From a virus (Duplodnaviria; Caudoviricetes), in the IMG/VR virus record IMGVR_UViG_3300025389_001172, positions 64,001-128,000 of that record: a DNA stretch of 64,000 nucleotides; one strand, written 5' to 3'. Shown piece after piece: positions 38,762 through 47,603 of this stretch. Position numbers and translations under genes: made by a program. The notes beneath the pieces were generated by a model. That model saw nothing but the letters and a program-made list of their open reading frames with translations. It had not been told where the DNA came from and did no database searches. The stretch's first letter is position 1. The number at the start of each line of letters is the position of its first letter.

Positions 38762-39295
38762 TTATTGATCTTCTACAAACTCAAATAGTCCTGTTGATTT
38801 TAATAATGGAGTTTTTTTACCGGTAGGTTTTGTTTTATTTCCAAATGGTCGATAACCGTGTTTACGTTGATGTGCATCTGAAAGATCATCTTCGATTCTT
38901 TGTAATTCACTCCTAGGATTATCTAACTCAAAAGGAGCATTGGTATAGTCTTTAATAGTCACCACTATGTCGTCTTTATCAAATTTACATTTGAAGGTAG
39001 TTTCAATATTTTTAATAATTTCATCCATATCTTTTTTAGTAGATGGACACCTTTTTAAGTTAGGTTTAGTCCATCCTGGCATGTGACCTATTTGTGTATA
39101 TATTCGTTCACCATAGTCGTTACCATTGCCTCCATGCTTATGCTGGATTCCGTATTTTACAGTTTGTCCTTTCCATGATATTTTGTAAACATAAAATCTA
39201 ATTTTTTGCTTACGACAGAACCTCATAATAGAAGTATAGTCATTTATTAAATTTAATGAAATAGTATAAGTTGGCGGGATATAATCTGTTATCAT
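38762..39295 (-). CDS. AT-rich putative GIY-YIG-like nuclease
   Basis: YVYKI...VKYG...ERIYTQ and late E..L...P.GN pattern; AT-rich. Confidence 0.45.
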   Translation of the reverse strand: MITDYIPPTYTISLNLINDYTSIMRFCRKQKIRFYVYKISWKGQTVKYGIQHKHGGNGNDYGERIYTQIGHMPGWTKPNLKRCPSTKKDMDEIIKNIETTFKCKFDKDDIVVTIKDYTNAPFELDNPRSELQRIEDDLSDAHQRKHGYRPFGNKTKPTGKKTPLLKSTGLFEFVEDQ

Positions 39296-39684
39296 CTTCT
39301 CATCCTGGAAATATCTACGGCCTCTTCATCACTGAACACAGGGACAGCGTTGCTCTTGTGCATGGTACCGATACCTTTAATTTTGGTACCTGTGTAGAGA
39401 GTGTCGGCTTTTTTAGTGCAGGCTATGGCACCTGTGTCTCTGCTGGGGATATAGGGAGTCTCACGTCCTGGAGGAACTCTTGGACTGGAAGTTAATACTG
39501 CATCAGTAAGAGCACGAGCCTTCTTGCGAGCTTCTGCTTCTACACCCTGTTTCTTCAGCAGGGCCTTCCAATCTGCTTCTAGTTTCTCAGCCCGGCGTTT
39601 GGCTTCAGCTGAAGGCCATTTACGTTTACCTTTGGGTTTACCTGTGGTACTGAACATCGGTGGTAGTAGGTGCATCCCGCTCAT
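39292..39684 (-). CDS. Hypothetical basic phage protein
   Basis: YTGTKIKGIGTMHKSNAVPVFS motif, recalled from T4-like phages. Confidence 0.65.
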   Translation of the reverse strand: MSGMHLLPPMFSTTGKPKGKRKWPSAEAKRRAEKLEADWKALLKKQGVEAEARKKARALTDAVLTSSPRVPPGRETPYIPSRDTGAIACTKKADTLYTGTKIKGIGTMHKSNAVPVFSDEEAVDISRMRR

Positions 39685-40085
39685 TCAAATTCCTTTACTA
39701 TCTGTTTATATCCAGCGACTGTTGGATGGACGCTATCCGGTGATAGTCCTTTAATGGGTATCACAATATCACCGTATTCTTTGGCTATCTGTCGCACGAT
39801 GTCCTGTATCTCTGGTTTGATCGCAGGTAGAATCCAATAGACACGATCAGCTTTGGTATTGATACGCAGTGTTTCCAATTCACGTTCGGTATTGACACCT
39901 ATATAGTCATTGCTACCCAAACTGATGATCACATGCCGGGCTTCGGGCCTGAGACCGTCTACCATTAGGAACTTCTTGTTCCACTGCCACGAATTCCATC
40001 CACCTTTGGCATAGACAGCACAGTTTGGTGCAAACTTGGCAGTACCTACGGCGATGCTGTCTCCTAGTATCATACAATCAAGCAT
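39681..40085 (-). CDS. SGNH/GDSL hydrolase
   Basis: LGDSIAVG, SLGSND, DSVHP. Confidence 0.8.
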   Translation of the reverse strand: MLDCMILGDSIAVGTAKFAPNCAVYAKGGWNSWQWNKKFLMVDGLRPEARHVIISLGSNDYIGVNTERELETLRINTKADRVYWILPAIKPEIQDIVRQIAKEYGDIVIPIKGLSPDSVHPTVAGYKQIVKEFE

Positions 40086-40503
40086 GGATTTCCTCTCTTA
40101 AATATCGTACCAGTTCTTTATCGGTGGGTTCAACGGTGTAGTTCTGCTTGAAGAATATTTCATAGCTGTCACTGCCATACTTGCCGATACCATATAACAT
40201 TGTAGCATCTCGGCCGTCCCATGTCAAGAAATCTCTGCTCATGTCATACAATCTCTTGTAACGCACATTCGCCATGCCCAGGGGCCAGATCACATCCTTG
40301 ACTTCTTCTTCGGTAGCTCGGCAGAAATTACCTAGCGTGGGCCAACGGTCCACGAAGATAGGGAATACAGTTTTGACCGGCTTGCGACCAGTTTGGTTGA
40401 GCATTATGACTGCTACCATGTGTTGCCACGCACCCTGCCAATTATCAAGACCAGCCGGTAACTGTTGCTGTACCATTAGGTCATCACGGAGTGGTTCTAT
40501 CAT
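40078..40503 (-). CDS. HhH-GPD DNA glycosylase (MBD4-like)
   Basis: IMLNQT, PLGMANVR, LYGIGKYGSDSYEIF, PTDKEL. Confidence 0.8.
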   Translation of the reverse strand: MIEPLRDDLMVQQQLPAGLDNWQGAWQHMVAVIMLNQTGRKPVKTVFPIFVDRWPTLGNFCRATEEEVKDVIWPLGMANVRYKRLYDMSRDFLTWDGRDATMLYGIGKYGSDSYEIFFKQNYTVEPTDKELVRYLREEIHA

Positions 40504-40820
40504 TATGCCTCTACAGTTTCTGGCATCATTATCGGTGTGATGACCTGCTGTATGGCCTTTTGTTCTTTTTTGGCTAGTCCAGTGAAACGTAGGATCTCAC
40601 CAGTTGGAGCGATTTTAATGCTACCGGCAACTACCCAAATTTCAGTACCCGATGCATCAGTACCTGCCAGTTTTCGGACTACACCGTTGACTGTGCCATC
40701 ACCTGCTGTTTTTCCACGGTTCCAAGTGTATGTACCATTCTTGCCCGTCCAGGTGTAGAAATTACCAGAATTCTTTTCACAGTAATCTCCTAATGCTTTT
40801 ATGGTTGCTTCTGCTGACAT
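40503..40820 (-). CDS. Hypothetical protein
   Basis: Start MSAEAT after AGGAG; TTGCAG-N17-TATAAT at 40851-40879. Confidence 0.65.
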   Translation of the reverse strand: MSAEATIKALGDYCEKNSGNFYTWTGKNGTYTWNRGKTAGDGTVNGVVRKLAGTDASGTEIWVVAGSIKIAPTGEILRFTGLAKKEQKAIQQVITPIMMPETVEA

Positions 40821-40892
40821 TTTACTTCTCCTATGTGTGTAAGTATTACTATTATATGGTACAACCAAAAGATCTGCAACCAGGAATTTTAC

Positions 40893-40921
40893 CAAAAAGA
40901 AACCCCGCGGTTGGCGGGGCT
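40893..40921 (-). terminator. Intrinsic terminator after rubredoxin
   Basis: CCCCGC-loop-GCGGGG followed by TTTCTTTTT on minus strand. Confidence 0.7.
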
Positions 40922-40935
40922 GTTGTTGATACTGT

Positions 40936-41070
40936 TTATAGGACGTAGTATTCGTCTTTGCCAACTCCACATTCTGGGCAGAGAAAATCTTCTGGAAGGT
41001 CTTCCCATTTACCTTCTACTGCTTCATCATGTTCGTGGCCACATACCACGCATACGTAGGTCTGTTCCAT
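40936..41070 (-). CDS. Rubredoxin (44 aa, not in ORF track)
   Basis: [44 protein letters not shown] with two CxxCG motifs. Confidence 0.9.
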   Translation of the reverse strand: MEQTYVCVVCGHEHDEAVEGKWEDLPEDFLCPECGVGKDEYYVL

Positions 41071-41537
41071 TATCTTGTCTCCGTTTGTAATAAATCTTGT
41101 AATTTTGTTTTATAGGCACGGGCGTGACGCTCTTCGACTTTCTTCAGTGCGGCGAAACGTTTTTCAGCCTTGCGTAGGACAGCGATAAACTGTTCTGCAT
41201 GTTCTCGGCTTTCTGCTATCTGATCCTGCATTTCTTTTTCAGCTTCATGGTTACCTTCCAATACAGCATTCTTTTCAAATTCTGGATACATCGTGGTAAA
41301 CTCATAGGTCTCGCCTTCGATGGCTTTTTCCAAACATTCTTTAGTCGTTGGTTTACCTATCAACAGTTCCAAATGACCCCAAGCGTGTTTGAGTTCTTGA
41401 TCTGCTGTGTGCTCAAAATGCTGTGCGATTTCTTCGAATCCTTCTTCACGAGCGATACGGGCGAAGTAACGATACTTGATGTGGGCTTGGCTTTCACCTG
41501 CCAGCGCATTCTCTAGATTTTTAATTGTGATAGACAT
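41070..41537 (-). CDS. Rubrerythrin
   Basis: [33 protein letters not shown]. Confidence 0.9.
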   Translation of the reverse strand: MSITIKNLENALAGESQAHIKYRYFARIAREEGFEEIAQHFEHTADQELKHAWGHLELLIGKPTTKECLEKAIEGETYEFTTMYPEFEKNAVLEGNHEAEKEMQDQIAESREHAEQFIAVLRKAEKRFAALKKVEERHARAYKTKLQDLLQTETR

Positions 41538-41618
41538 TGTTTCTCCTTTATGTGTGTCTGATAATAACAGTCAGTGTTTCTACTGATAAATTATTGTAAT
41601 AGTATTTAACAATAAGAT

Positions 41619-41678
41619 CTATCATTTCTATTGATTTCTTCAATAATTATTTTAATAAGGCCTATAGATTTTTTCAAT
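41619..41678. promoter_or_regulatory. OxyR/LysR-type operator-like boxes upstream of rubrerythrin
   Basis: CTAT-N7-ATTG-N7-CAAT (41619-41644) and ATAG-N7-CAAT (41664-41678). Confidence 0.5.
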
Positions 41679-41681
41679 AAC

Positions 41682-41704
41682 AAAAAACCCGCCGAAGCGG
41701 GTTC
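41682..41704 (-). terminator. Intrinsic terminator
   Basis: AACCCGC-TTCG-GCGGGTT plus T-run on minus strand. Confidence 0.8.
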
Positions 41705-41724
41705 CCTGTATCACAAAGGTTAAA

Positions 41725-42273
41725 TTAGAAACCACGTGTATAGATTAAATTTACACTGTGACTTTGGCTGTCGCCGTACTGCTTGTCATAACGTAGACCA
41801 AGTTGATCTTTTGGTGTTAGATCATATGCCAATGTAGCACGAGCAGTGTTGGTTTTATCAGCGATAGAGCTATCAAATGCTGTACGATAGCGATAGCCTA
41901 GTTTTGCTGAAACTCCAGATCCCAATGCGGCTGTGATACCTGGCTCAACTGAGTAGTAGCCAAAATCTGTAGAGCCTGTAAACTTGTTACCAACAGCTAC
42001 GCGAGTATAGAGGCCAATCATACCAGCTGGCTGGCTGTAAGTACCACCTACTTCAGCACGAGTGCTGAGACTGTCTGTAGGGCTTACATATTGCGTCACG
42101 CCTAGGTCGGCTGTGATATTTTTAGTTACTGACTCTTTGACAGTGATACCATAATTGTGGCTGTCAGCCGCACCATTGTCTCCACTTTGGAATTGGTCTT
42201 CTAATGATACTGACGCCGCGTTTACTGTGCCTATAAATGCCAGTGAGGCTAAAATTGCAATAATTTTCTTCAT
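41725..42273 (-). CDS. Small outer-membrane beta-barrel/porin-like protein
   Basis: Signal peptide, alternating beta strands, C-terminal YTRGF. Confidence 0.75.
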   Translation of the reverse strand: MKKIIAILASLAFIGTVNAASVSLEDQFQSGDNGAADSHNYGITVKESVTKNITADLGVTQYVSPTDSLSTRAEVGGTYSQPAGMIGLYTRVAVGNKFTGSTDFGYYSVEPGITAALGSGVSAKLGYRYRTAFDSSIADKTNTARATLAYDLTPKDQLGLRYDKQYGDSQSHSVNLIYTRGF

Positions 42274-42356
42274 GATTTAGTTTCCTTTTTGTTATGATAC
42301 ATCTTTTAGATTAAGATATATTCTATATTATATATCCTATATGAGATTACACCTAT

Positions 42357-42385
42357 GAAAAAGCGGCCATAAATAGCCGCTTTTT
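42357..42385 (-). terminator. Bidirectional terminator after tmRNA
   Basis: AAAAAGCGGC-loop-GCCGCTTTTT. Confidence 0.8.
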
Positions 42386-42710
42386 GGTTGTTTTGGTTAC
42401 AAGGTAAGTCCTACCCCGTGAGGATCATGCCGCTAAGGCATATACCTCATCATTAGATGCGTTAGCATTTATAGATTTGCTTGATTAAGGATCATCGCCT
42501 ATCCTGTTGCCTTTTTCGCTATCTCACCATGTCGAACCCAGGTCAGACCCATCAAAAGAACACTACCCTGTATTACGCCTCAGGCATACCCGATGCTCAG
42601 GATTCTTGCTCTACTAGCCACCGTGACGGATAGTAATGTTCTTATGGTGGATCTGGTGGGAATCGAACCCACGTCCACAATGCCTTTGCTAGAAAGGAAT
42701 TACAACAATT
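42386..42710 (-). ncRNA. ssrA: Circularly permuted (two-piece) tmRNA; outer ends approximate
   Basis: Acceptor piece first (GGTTCGATTCC T-arm, CAGATCCACCA ending 42645), intervening segment 42551-42644, coding piece from 42550 (GGGTCTG, G3:U70 pair); tag ORF 42425-42466 ANASNDEVYALAA-stop. Confidence 0.92.
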
Positions 42711-42713
42711 CTT

Positions 42714-43328
42714 TTATTGATTCCAATACTTAGGAACACCATATACTTCTACAACAACTCTACGATTCTCACTGCGACCTTCAGCTGTTTTATTTGTAGC
42801 CACTGGCTCTCTTTCGCCTTTGGTGTCTGTGTATATACGACCTGCTTCTAGACCTCGACTGATTAAATATTTTTTTACAGCTTCTGCACGACGCTGACCT
42901 AACTGTAAATTATAACTGTCTGTACCAACACTGTCAGTATGACCTACTACGATCGCAATTTCTACTGTCATGGTATTCAATTTCATCACTAATTGATCTA
43001 ATTCTATTTTACCCGCTGGCTTGATTACTGATCGATCAAAATCAAATAATGAGTTTGCTAGATAGGTTAATTTACCTGTTACTACAGCTTTAGGAGTCGG
43101 TGCTGGATTTACTGCCGGCGCTTTCGTTGGCACCACTGGCTGTAATGCCCCATCACATCTTGGATCGGCTGAGGCCGGTGTCCATGAGCTATCTCTCCAG
43201 CATAGGCCAGAGGAATTGGTCACGGGACTACCCTGGCTGGTCCAATTGTCGTTGACCATAGGCTCTGGTAAAAGATTAGCCTGTGCTACGCCTGCGACTG
43301 CTAATAATCCAAACAATAATACTTTCAT
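42714..43328 (-). CDS. OmpA-family protein (betaproteobacterial type)
   Basis: NSSGLCWRDSSWTPA, LFDFDRS, GHTDSVG, LGQRRAEAV, NRRV; TTGACA-N17-TATAAT at 43347-43375. Confidence 0.9.
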   Translation of the reverse strand: MKVLLFGLLAVAGVAQANLLPEPMVNDNWTSQGSPVTNSSGLCWRDSSWTPASADPRCDGALQPVVPTKAPAVNPAPTPKAVVTGKLTYLANSLFDFDRSVIKPAGKIELDQLVMKLNTMTVEIAIVVGHTDSVGTDSYNLQLGQRRAEAVKKYLISRGLEAGRIYTDTKGEREPVATNKTAEGRSENRRVVVEVYGVPKYWNQ

Positions 43329-43483
43329 GATTTACCTTAAAATTTAATTATAACCCCGTATGACATTATTGTCAATCTTGGGATTACCTTTTGCCAATTC
43401 TCGTTCAACCCACTGTTTTCTTTCCTGTTCCTTACGTTCTTTTTCAGTCTGCACAGGTTGTTTCACAGGTTGTGGTTTTTCTA

Positions 43484-43804
43484 TCAATTTGGTACCAGTA
43501 CTGGCCTCTGTTGATTGGTAGCTGGATCTGTCATCATCTGCCAATGATATCCCACCGGTGGTTCCTGTACGATCTGAGGTTGCTGGATGTATACAGGAGG
43601 TTGCTGGATGTATACAGGAGCAGGTTCGTAGTAATGAGGACGACTCAACTCATAGCCAACAACTCCGCCTATCAGTGCTGGTGCGATCCAACCTCCACCC
43701 CAACAACATCTACCACCTCTCCAATGCGCATCTGCTTGGGTAGCGAACAGTGTGCTCATTGCTAAGATACTGCCAAATACCGCTACATAGATAAGTCTCT
43801 TCAT
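43484..43804 (-). CDS. Secreted proline-rich small protein
   Basis: Signal peptide, GWIAPALIGGVVGY, tandem PVYIQQP repeat. Confidence 0.7.
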   Translation of the reverse strand: MKRLIYVAVFGSILAMSTLFATQADAHWRGGRCCWGGGWIAPALIGGVVGYELSRPHYYEPAPVYIQQPPVYIQQPQIVQEPPVGYHWQMMTDPATNQQRPVLVPN

Positions 43805-43959
43805 GGATGTCTCCAAACGAATTATAAAAGTGACGGAATCCTAGGGCTTGATATGTCTCCGTCTAACCACTCTGTGTCTCTCACACAAGCAAGTAGCTAT
43901 GCCACTTTACCCCTACGGATAATATATTTATTATACTATCGAATCAAAATACTCGCAAC

Positions 43960-44808
43960 CTATGACCTGCTTGGTCTCCAAATTCCTGCTAGGGTGCCGT
44001 CACCATTTCCTCTGTAACCACTGGGCCACATTATAGATACAGTGCTACGAGAAGGATTATTTCCCCTACCTCCTTGATTACCACCAACAAAGGTCAATGC
44101 ACCATTTTTATTAGTATAAACTAAATTCACATGTCCAAAATTCCAAAGAGCTATGTCACCCGGTTGTGCATCAGCACTGGATACTTTACTAGCACTCCAT
44201 TTTCCTGGATTATTTCTTATAGCCCAACTGCTGGCTTCTGGACACCATTTGTATCCATTCTGTTTCAACGCAAAATTTACAAACCCCATACACCATGCAG
44301 TTTGATCATTGTTTGCGTAGGCTGCGATGCCTATGGATTTCCAAATATTGATGATATTGGGGTTGCCGGGATTTACCGGAGCCGCAGGTACAGGGGGACT
44401 GCGTCTAGTCCATTGGCCCTGTTCAGCTTCTTGTAACCTAGCGGCCAGCCAGCTGACTATGTTATCCGATACCGCAGGATCAACAGTGCCTGGAACCGTG
44501 GTTATTTCGGTTGTAGGAGTTCCTTGATAGCCTTGTTCTGGACCACCGTTGTCTACTGCTGTAGCAGGCAATGATTGAGGCTGTAGGCTAGCCAACTCTG
44601 TGATAGCCGCTTGATTAAGATCCACTTTCGATATCTGAGGTGCCGCTATGTCCACCGCAAAGGCAGAGCTACTCGGCCCTGCCTGAGCATATAAAACTAC
44701 AGGAACTCCGTTGATGAACACATTAGGTGATTGATACAGATCATCTACGGCAGGGCTATTACTGTTACGCTGTTGCCCATAGTTATTGATCCAAGGTTTA
44801 GTAGCCAT
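43960..44808 (-). CDS. CHAP/NlpC-type peptidoglycan amidase (TIGR02594-like), possibly baseplate-associated
   Basis: DQTAWCMGFVN, PGDIALW, GHVNLV, GGNQ. Confidence 0.8.
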   Translation of the reverse strand: MATKPWINNYGQQRNSNSPAVDDLYQSPNVFINGVPVVLYAQAGPSSSAFAVDIAAPQISKVDLNQAAITELASLQPQSLPATAVDNGGPEQGYQGTPTTEITTVPGTVDPAVSDNIVSWLAARLQEAEQGQWTRRSPPVPAAPVNPGNPNIINIWKSIGIAAYANNDQTAWCMGFVNFALKQNGYKWCPEASSWAIRNNPGKWSASKVSSADAQPGDIALWNFGHVNLVYTNKNGALTFVGGNQGGRGNNPSRSTVSIMWPSGYRGNGDGTLAGIWRPSRS

Positions 44809-44811
44809 CTA

Positions 44812-45441
44812 TTAAGTTCCAGATGATACGCCAGCGGCAGCCGCGACATTTCGGGCTGTGGTTTCTGCACTTTTAACAGCCGGAGTGATGATAGCACTGG
44901 CCTGTGCCTTCACATTAGCAATGATCTGATCAACTCCCAATGCCTGTTTAGCCCAATCTTCTGCATCTCCAAGGGTGCTGTTTATCTTGTCTTTGACGAA
45001 ATTTTCTACTTTGGACACTTCTGAAATTATAGTGCCTTCTTTAAGTTGAGATTTTAATTGCTCAGTGATATTAGGTAGTTGTGGTAATGCCTGTCCATTT
45101 TGTGTAAGTGTTTGGCTAACCACTTCTGTGTCAAAATTATTTTTCTTGATCACACTGGCAGCCATGGCCTGTTGGGTCACGGCGGCATCACTGACAGCAC
45201 TACTGGCATTACCTACTGCTTTTGATACAGATAAAATAGCACCGCTAGAAGCTTTGGCAGTATCGGCAACGGCTCCTACAGCTGAGACCAGGTCAGCTAG
45301 AGTGCCCTGTATCTGTTTCAATACCACAGTTTGAGCATTGATCGCGGTAGCGATAGCGGTTAACTCAGCGCCATTGTCAATAGCTGTAAAAACGCCAGCA
45401 CCACCGGTGGCCCCCATTGGGGTTTGAATTGGAACTCCCAT
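44812..45441 (-). CDS. Hypothetical Ala-rich protein
   Basis: ORF track; GGAG RBS; TAAATA upstream. Confidence 0.65.
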   Translation of the reverse strand: MGVPIQTPMGATGGAGVFTAIDNGAELTAIATAINAQTVVLKQIQGTLADLVSAVGAVADTAKASSGAILSVSKAVGNASSAVSDAAVTQQAMAASVIKKNNFDTEVVSQTLTQNGQALPQLPNITEQLKSQLKEGTIISEVSKVENFVKDKINSTLGDAEDWAKQALGVDQIIANVKAQASAIITPAVKSAETTARNVAAAAGVSSGT

Positions 45442-45463
45442 TTTATTCTCCTAGATAATAATA

Positions 45464-45754
45464 CTATTTAACCAGGCTGATTCCAGTGGTGTCTTCGATG
45501 TACTGTTTGCTGGCCGCCTGTTTGCTGGCCACGATGAAAAAGGTATTCTTTTTGTCTAGTGTGACCTGCTTGTCCTCGCCTAGGAACACCCAGGGAATTA
45601 GTCCTAGCCCCGATCCACTCATGGTTATGGCCAACGGTCTACTGATCACTATGGTATCTACAGTTTCTGATTCGAAACGGGCGATTATCTCATCGCCATT
45701 TAATAGTTTGATACTTACTACATCTCCTTGGGAGAATCCTTTGTTGATTAACAT
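45464..45754 (-). CDS. Hypothetical protein (possibly Sm-like)
   Basis: GDVVSIKLLNGDEIIAR, YIEDTTGI. Confidence 0.6.
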   Translation of the reverse strand: MLINKGFSQGDVVSIKLLNGDEIIARFESETVDTIVISRPLAITMSGSGLGLIPWVFLGEDKQVTLDKKNTFFIVASKQAASKQYIEDTTGISLVK

Positions 45755-45761
45755 ATTGTCC

Positions 45762-46271
45762 TTATTTGTCTTCTGGTTTGGGTATTTCGCACAGTGCTTC
45801 TAATGTCTTGTAATGATCGTAGGCTCTTTTGAGAGCTTCGAAGTGTTCTAGCTTCGCAGGATCTGGAACTAAGATAGCCAACCGTTCTTCCATCTTCTCC
45901 ATGAATTCTTTTAGACTGCGACCATTGATCAAGACATCAGCCCCTTCACCTTCTAGTTCCAGCTGACCGCCTGTACTTCCACTACCATTAGAATATGGCA
46001 TACCTGTCCAAGCGGGATTAGTATTGTTAGTGGTTATGATGTTCCCACCGTTAAACACAGAGCTAGACAGAGTAGGTATGGTAAAACTCCCATAACTGCC
46101 TGTATTTGCTGTGATAGTTACATTGTTAGGCCAACTGAACCCACTCAGCTCACTGGTAGTCAGCTTGCTGAGATCTATGGTGTTGAGATCTACCTCAGCG
46201 TCCTCTACGATCTCTGATGGTTTGACACCTCTCAGGGCATCTTTAATGCGTTCTAATTCTGCGTTATCCAT
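45762..46271 (-). CDS. Hypothetical protein
   Basis: ORF track; C-terminal EERLAILVPD..LKRAYDHYK. Confidence 0.65.
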   Translation of the reverse strand: MDNAELERIKDALRGVKPSEIVEDAEVDLNTIDLSKLTTSELSGFSWPNNVTITANTGSYGSFTIPTLSSSVFNGGNIITTNNTNPAWTGMPYSNGSGSTGGQLELEGEGADVLINGRSLKEFMEKMEERLAILVPDPAKLEHFEALKRAYDHYKTLEALCEIPKPEDK

Positions 46272-46488
46272 TTAGTCTAGCCCGTAATTCTGTGAATCCA
46301 CCTACCAGTTCTCCATCTAGGAATATCTGTGGAACTGTACGTGCATTTGGCACTGCCTCTAACAACTGTTCTTTAGTCCAATCTGTACTGACATTTCTTT
46401 CTTCGAACTCAATACCTCTAGATTTTAACAGGTTTTTGGCCTGATCACAATAGGGGCACTGATTCCGACTCCATACAATAGCCTTCAT
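46264..46488 (-). CDS. Glutaredoxin
   Basis: CPYC, TVPQIF, GGF. Confidence 0.93.
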   Translation of the reverse strand: MKAIVWSRNQCPYCDQAKNLLKSRGIEFEERNVSTDWTKEQLLEAVPNARTVPQIFLDGELVGGFTELRARLNG

Positions 46489-46499
46489 ATTATTTTCCT

Positions 46500-47603
46500 T
46501 TATAGTTCTGGTAATTCTTCATAATCAACAGAATCGCTCATGACACCTACGACATAATTGGTCGATTCGGTCTCCTGTAGTGCTGATTGTTTCTTGTTGA
46601 TGTTGACGTGTCGGTTAAACCAAGGGATAGGACTAGACTTAGGGTGTTCGCCTTGATACTTGATGCCAATCTCTTTGAGTCGGGTGAATGCTGTGTAGTC
46701 TACGAAATCTTTTAAGATAGTTTCATTAAGTCCGATAACAGGACCTAGTTTGAACAGATATTCAGCCCAGGCCTTTTCTTCCTCTATAACATCCATGTAC
46801 ATCTGATAGACTTCAGCTTCACATTCTGCTTTAGCTTCTACAAACCGTTCATCATCTTTGATGACATTGTTGATCAACCAAGCAGTCCATTCTGCGTGCA
46901 GGATCTCATCCTGTAGGATCAGTGAAATGATGTTGCCATTGCCGATATAGATCTTGTTCTCTACCATAGCCAGGCTGGTCGCGAATGACACCATGAAGCG
47001 GAATGCTTCTAGAGCATAGCTGGCGTTGAGTGCCAACCAGATAGCACGGATATGACTCTTTTCTGTTACAGATCCCGGACTGACTTCTTTGAAGCAGTTG
47101 ATCTGATGTAGGTCTTCATAGTACTTGCCAATGTTGGCAGCCATTTCTACGATCTCTCGGGTATCGTGTATTTTATTAAATTCGTCTTTAGGAACACCGT
47201 AGACATTACGTATGATGTGGCTGTAGCTTTTTGAATGTATCGCTGTTTCAAAAAAACTCCAGTTGGTCACCAATGCTTCTAGTTCCGGAATAGATATCAC
47301 AGGAGAGAATACCTGTATAGGAGCACGGCCTTGGATAGAATCTAATGCTGTCTGACGCAGTAGATTGCTGGTAAAGATATGCTTGACTGCATCGCTGGCA
47401 TCTTTATGATCCATCTTGTCTTTGGTTAGGCTGATCTCTTCTGGAACCCAAAAGAAACCACGAGCTGTCTCTTCGTACCTGGCGATCTTGGGATACTTGA
47501 CTTCCTCGAAACGTTGTACAGTCACCGGACCTTCTGGATCCAAAAACATCTTACGTTTGAGATAATTTGTTGGTTTTGATAGGTTATATTGTTCTTTACT
47601 CAT
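46500..47603 (-). CDS. nrdB: Ribonucleotide reductase class Ia beta subunit
   Basis: FFWVPEEI, QTALDSIQ, ETAIHSKSY, DEILH. Confidence 0.95.
   Translation of the reverse strand: MSKEQYNLSKPTNYLKRKMFLDPEGPVTVQRFEEVKYPKIARYEETARGFFWVPEEISLTKDKMDHKDASDAVKHIFTSNLLRQTALDSIQGRAPIQVFSPVISIPELEALVTNWSFFETAIHSKSYSHIIRNVYGVPKDEFNKIHDTREIVEMAANIGKYYEDLHQINCFKEVSPGSVTEKSHIRAIWLALNASYALEAFRFMVSFATSLAMVENKIYIGNGNIISLILQDEILHAEWTAWLINNVIKDDERFVEAKAECEAEVYQMYMDVIEEEKAWAEYLFKLGPVIGLNETILKDFVDYTAFTRLKEIGIKYQGEHPKSSPIPWFNRHVNINKKQSALQETESTNYVVGVMSDSVDYEELPEL

Noticed and set aside
42645-42680. tRNA-like T-arm and CCA end
   Set aside because: Not a tRNA: there is no anticodon arm, and it is the acceptor half of the permuted tmRNA
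43344-43544. 66-aa minus-strand ORF between ompA and the proline-rich gene
   Set aside because: Overlaps the upstream gene by ~60 nt and contains the ompA promoter; start uncertain, so not called, though a shorter peptide is possible
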